Source: Okamejei kenojei (lineage: Eukaryota). From it: a stretch of DNA of 64,000 bases. Under the pieces are notes generated by a model, which did not search any database, had not been told where the DNA came from, and was given only the letters and a program-made list of their open reading frames with translations. The translations under genes and the position numbers were made by a program. Positions 60,900-64,000 of the stretch are shown here, one piece after another (positions within the stretch are counted from its first letter, which is position 1; every line of letters starts with the position of its first letter). The stretch is taken from assembly GCA_035221665.1 (NCBI GenBank), contig CM069131.1:170004001-170068000 (forward strand), in the 5' to 3' direction.

Positions 60900-62239
60900 G
60901 TGAGGCGCCTTCGCTAGCCCCTGCCTCCCTCCCTTTCCCACTGTGACTGTGTCAGTCAGTCAGCGAGTCTGGAAGGGAAACTGGAGCAAACGCGGCAGGA
61001 AGTACATCAAACATAGGGGTCATTTCACTAACTATAACCGCCCCTTCTCCAAGCGGGACCTGCCATATGGATTAACTCTAAAATGTTCTTACTTTCTTTT
61101 GCAAAAGGCGGGACTGGAGCAGGAACTAGATTGTACTGATAGATACATAACATTACGGGGAAATCAATGTTGGATTTATCATCTATTTGTTTTAACTATA
61201 AATCAGTAGAGTTTTACAAACTTTTATTATCGTCAAATGCTCGAATTGCATTTTTACGCGGGCAAGAGTTTTTTTTCAATTTTCTCGATTAACATAGTGG
61301 TAGTAAAAGATGGAAAGCCTCACGAAAAGGATAGTGATAGAACTATCCTTCTGAAAATAATATAAAAGAACACTCGTGATCAGGACGACAATGTTACTTA
61401 CAGTACATTGAATTCAATGATATAGGGATGTGGACTGCAAAGCAGTCAGTTGTACTTAATACGAATTTTGTGCTTTTGAAGTGAGTGAAAGGGGTCATTC
61501 TTGAACTTGAGTGCAACTGTAAAGGGAATATAGCAAAGGAATTGGCATCATGGATAAATTTTATATTAAAAAGATTAATGTCCATCTTGGCCTTTGCCAC
61601 AAAGTCCACGGGTGGATTATGAAGTTTTATTTGTGGGGACATAATTTACTGCACAATAGTTGTATAAATAATTTATGGTCATGCACGTACTTATTCCATG
61701 CCAAAAATTCTATTTGGTTTAAAAAAAAATCTGGGACCATCAGCAGGTTAGGCGGAATCTGTGAAGAGAAACAGTGAATGTTTGAGATACAGAGATGCTT
61801 CCTGATCTGAAATTTCCAACCTTTCCTGCTTTTATTTCAGTCTTTCAATATCTACAGTAAGTATTTTAAGTGCAAATGTTGTCGTAGTTTCATGAACAAT
61901 AAAATTGAGTTCTTCCCTTGCAAAGTCCATGTGTGTGGCCCTCATTGTTATATCAGCCAAAAAACCCATGAAAAACTGACTTTCTGTCAGTTGAGAAATG
62001 AATTATGAGCCCTTACACATTTTCACCATTTATTAAAAATTGTCAAAAACTTCTTCAGGTTGGCAGTATTTTGGAACAATGTTTTAACCCAGCAGCTACT
62101 GAACTTCTATTTAATGTCAAAGTTACCAGTGGGTGTTATACCTAAGTCATGCCTTAGTATCTTCCTTTTCATTGAAGAGTAGTGCATTTCTTTTGTCTCG
62201 GTGACAGGTAAATTGTGGCTTCCATTCATAAATGTTATC

Positions 62240-62800
62240 TCCCAAAAAGTAGATAGTGGTAAAAAAGCATATGATATGCTTTCCTTCAACAGTCGAGGCA
62301 CTGAGTATGACAGTCAGGGAGCCATTTTACAGCTTTATAAAATTGTCTGGATAGGCCACATTTGTTGCATTGTGCACAGTTCTGGTTGCTCCATTACAGG
62401 AAGAATTTGGAGACGGTGCAGAAGAGGTTTACCAGAATGGTGCATGCATTAGATAGCTATAAGGAGAGGTTGGACAAACTAGGATTGTTTTTCCTGGAGT
62501 GAAGAGGCTGAGGGGAGACTTATTGGAAATATATATTATGAGAAGTGTAGATAACAGCCTCTTTCCTAGGGTGCAAATGCCAAAGACTAGAGGGAATAGC
62601 TTTAAGCTCGGAGGAGTTTAAAGGAGATGGGTCGTGCAAGTTTTTTTTTTGTATGGTGGTGGATGCCTCGACTGTACTGCTAGGGATGGTTGTGGCTGCA
62701 AATATGATCATGGCATTTAAGAGCCTTGTAGATTGGGACATTAATATGGAGGGTTATGGATTGCATAAAATATTACCTTGCCATCATGATTGGCACAGAA
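62240..62800 (+). mobile_element. Old degraded CR1 fragment in NELFA intron 1
   Basis: KKAYDMLSFNSRGTEY...ILQLYK; remnants gtgcagaagaggtttaccagaatg and gaggctgaggggagac. Confidence 0.65.
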
Positions 62801-62898
62801 ATTGAATGTTTTATTATCTTATGGAACAAAATGGAACAATGAAATTCTTACTTGCAGCAGCACAACAGGTTTGTAAATGGTACGCAATAGATAATTTA

Positions 62899-63490
62899 CC
62901 GTATTTCCCGGCAATGAAGATGCTTTTTCCCCCCAAAAATAAGGCATGAAAATTTACCTGCGTCTTGGAGGCCAAAGGTTAGGTTATTGGCCAAGAAACT
63001 TACACTGGGGGGGGGGTTCGCAGCAGGTGGGGAGTCTGGCCCGGGTCAGCAAGGACAGGAGCATTGAGAATGAGGGGGTTGGGGATCATGCCAGCAACTC
63101 ACTAACGTGGCGCTCTGGGAACGGAGCCACCGCATTGTGGTCGGGGAAGGAAGTAGCTCGGGTAGTTGCGAGCAGAACCAGCCGCCACCTCAGCACCTTC
63201 TGCCAACCCGGGGATGCTGTCCGGTCCCAGCGGCCGCTCCCGTTTTGACACTACTGATCCATGTGTTTTGATTTCCTAGTTCCTTGGAGCTCCCGTTTTC
63301 TCCACCTGCCGTCCCCTCTACCCCCCCACCCATTCAGTCATTCAGAATGGAGGAGATCTGGAAGCCTGAAGGCAAATTGAATTGTCACTTTCTTTATTTC
63401 TATTTTTTTGAGAAATTCTGTCCCGCCAGCCTTTTTTCAAAATTTAGCAACTCAAAATTGGGGTGTGTCTTCATTGCTGGGAAATACGGG
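62899..63490. mobile_element. Non-autonomous Tc1/mariner(pogo)-like element, TA-flanked
   Basis: Left TA-CCGTATTTCCCGGCAATGAAGA; right TCTTCATTGCTGGGAAATACGG(G)-TA. Confidence 0.75.
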
Positions 63491-63594
63491 TAATTAAAAA
63501 ATTAGTTCCATGGTTTCACTGACATTGAGAGCAAGGATGATGACCGAAAGGCTGATTCCTGTGCTGTACTGTTTTGCTCAATCAAATCAACCTA

Positions 63595-64000
63595 CATATC
63601 CCTGCACCTCCTCCACTCTCATCTATTGCATCTGCTGCTCTAGATGTCAGCTGCTCTACATCCGTGAGACCAAGTGTAGGCTTGGCGATCGCTTTGCCGC
63701 ACACCCCCGTTCGGTTCGCAATAACCAACCTTGATCTCCCGGTGGCTCAGCACTTCAACTCCCCCTCCTATTCTGAATCTGACCTTTCTGTCCTCTGCCT
63801 CCTTCATGGCCAGAGTGGGTACCACCGTAAATGGGAGGAGCAGCACCTCTTATTTCACTTGGGCAGTTTGCACCACAGCAGTATGAACATTGACCTCTAA
63901 TTTCAGGTAGTCCTTACTTTCTCCTCCCCTTCTCAGCTCTCCCTCAGCCCACTGGCTCCACCTCTTCCTTTCTTCTTCCCGCCCACCCTCCCATCCACAT
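63595..64000 (+). mobile_element. Penelope-like element, GIY-YIG endonuclease C-terminal fragment and 3' UTR
   Basis: LIYCICCSRCQLLYIRETKCRLGDRFAAH, then after a frameshift DLPVAQHFNSPS...RKWEEQHLLFHLGSL..SMNID. Confidence 0.85.

Larger units (their letters stand above)
59215..60920. promoter_or_regulatory. CpG island / shared divergent promoter of NICOL1 and NELFA
   Basis: GC- and CpG-rich relative to flanks. CCAAT boxes at 59552 and 59604, GC boxes at 59632 and 60615-60628, and a YY1-type CAAGATGGCG at 60686-60695 overlapping the NELFA ATG. Confidence 0.8.

Noticed and set aside
60900-60917. NELFA ORF extension VRRLR*
   Set aside because: Intronic read-through past the GTGAGG donor; homology ends at TVDE.
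59435-60941. Many overlapping 60-209 aa ORFs with repetitive Cys/Gly/Pro content
   Set aside because: By-products of a GC-rich tandem repeat. Unit lengths of 44-46 bp do not preserve frame.

Overview
Repeat-rich vertebrate nuclear DNA, most likely from a cartilaginous fish (skate/ray type). The repeat content is CR1, Rex1/Babar, L1, Penelope-like elements, tRNA-derived HE1-like SINEs and several MITEs. Three host genes can be read by hand from small spliced exons that the ORF track mostly misses. (1) The 3' two-thirds of PSTPIP2 (F-BAR adaptor, no SH3) lies on + at 16313-42497; one exon carries a 1-nt frameshift and the next survives only as an internally deleted remnant in a stretch that looks like damaged assembly consensus. 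(2) A complete three-exon NICOL1/C4orf48 gene (87-aa secreted peptide) lies on - at 49529-59317. (3) The first coding exon of NELFA lies on + at 60690-60899. NICOL1 and NELFA are head-to-head across a CpG island, most of which is a 21-unit, ~45-bp GC-rich minisatellite. Other notable items are a near full-length Rex1 LINE, hammerhead-ribozyme-like cores in the Penelope-derived repeats, and several nested insertions with readable target-site duplications (TSDs). All homology calls come from recognition and memory, not from a search. Repeat boundaries are approximate unless a TSD or terminal inverted repeat (TIR) is given. I found no firm evidence of a wholly new biological system; the best leads are listed under findings.
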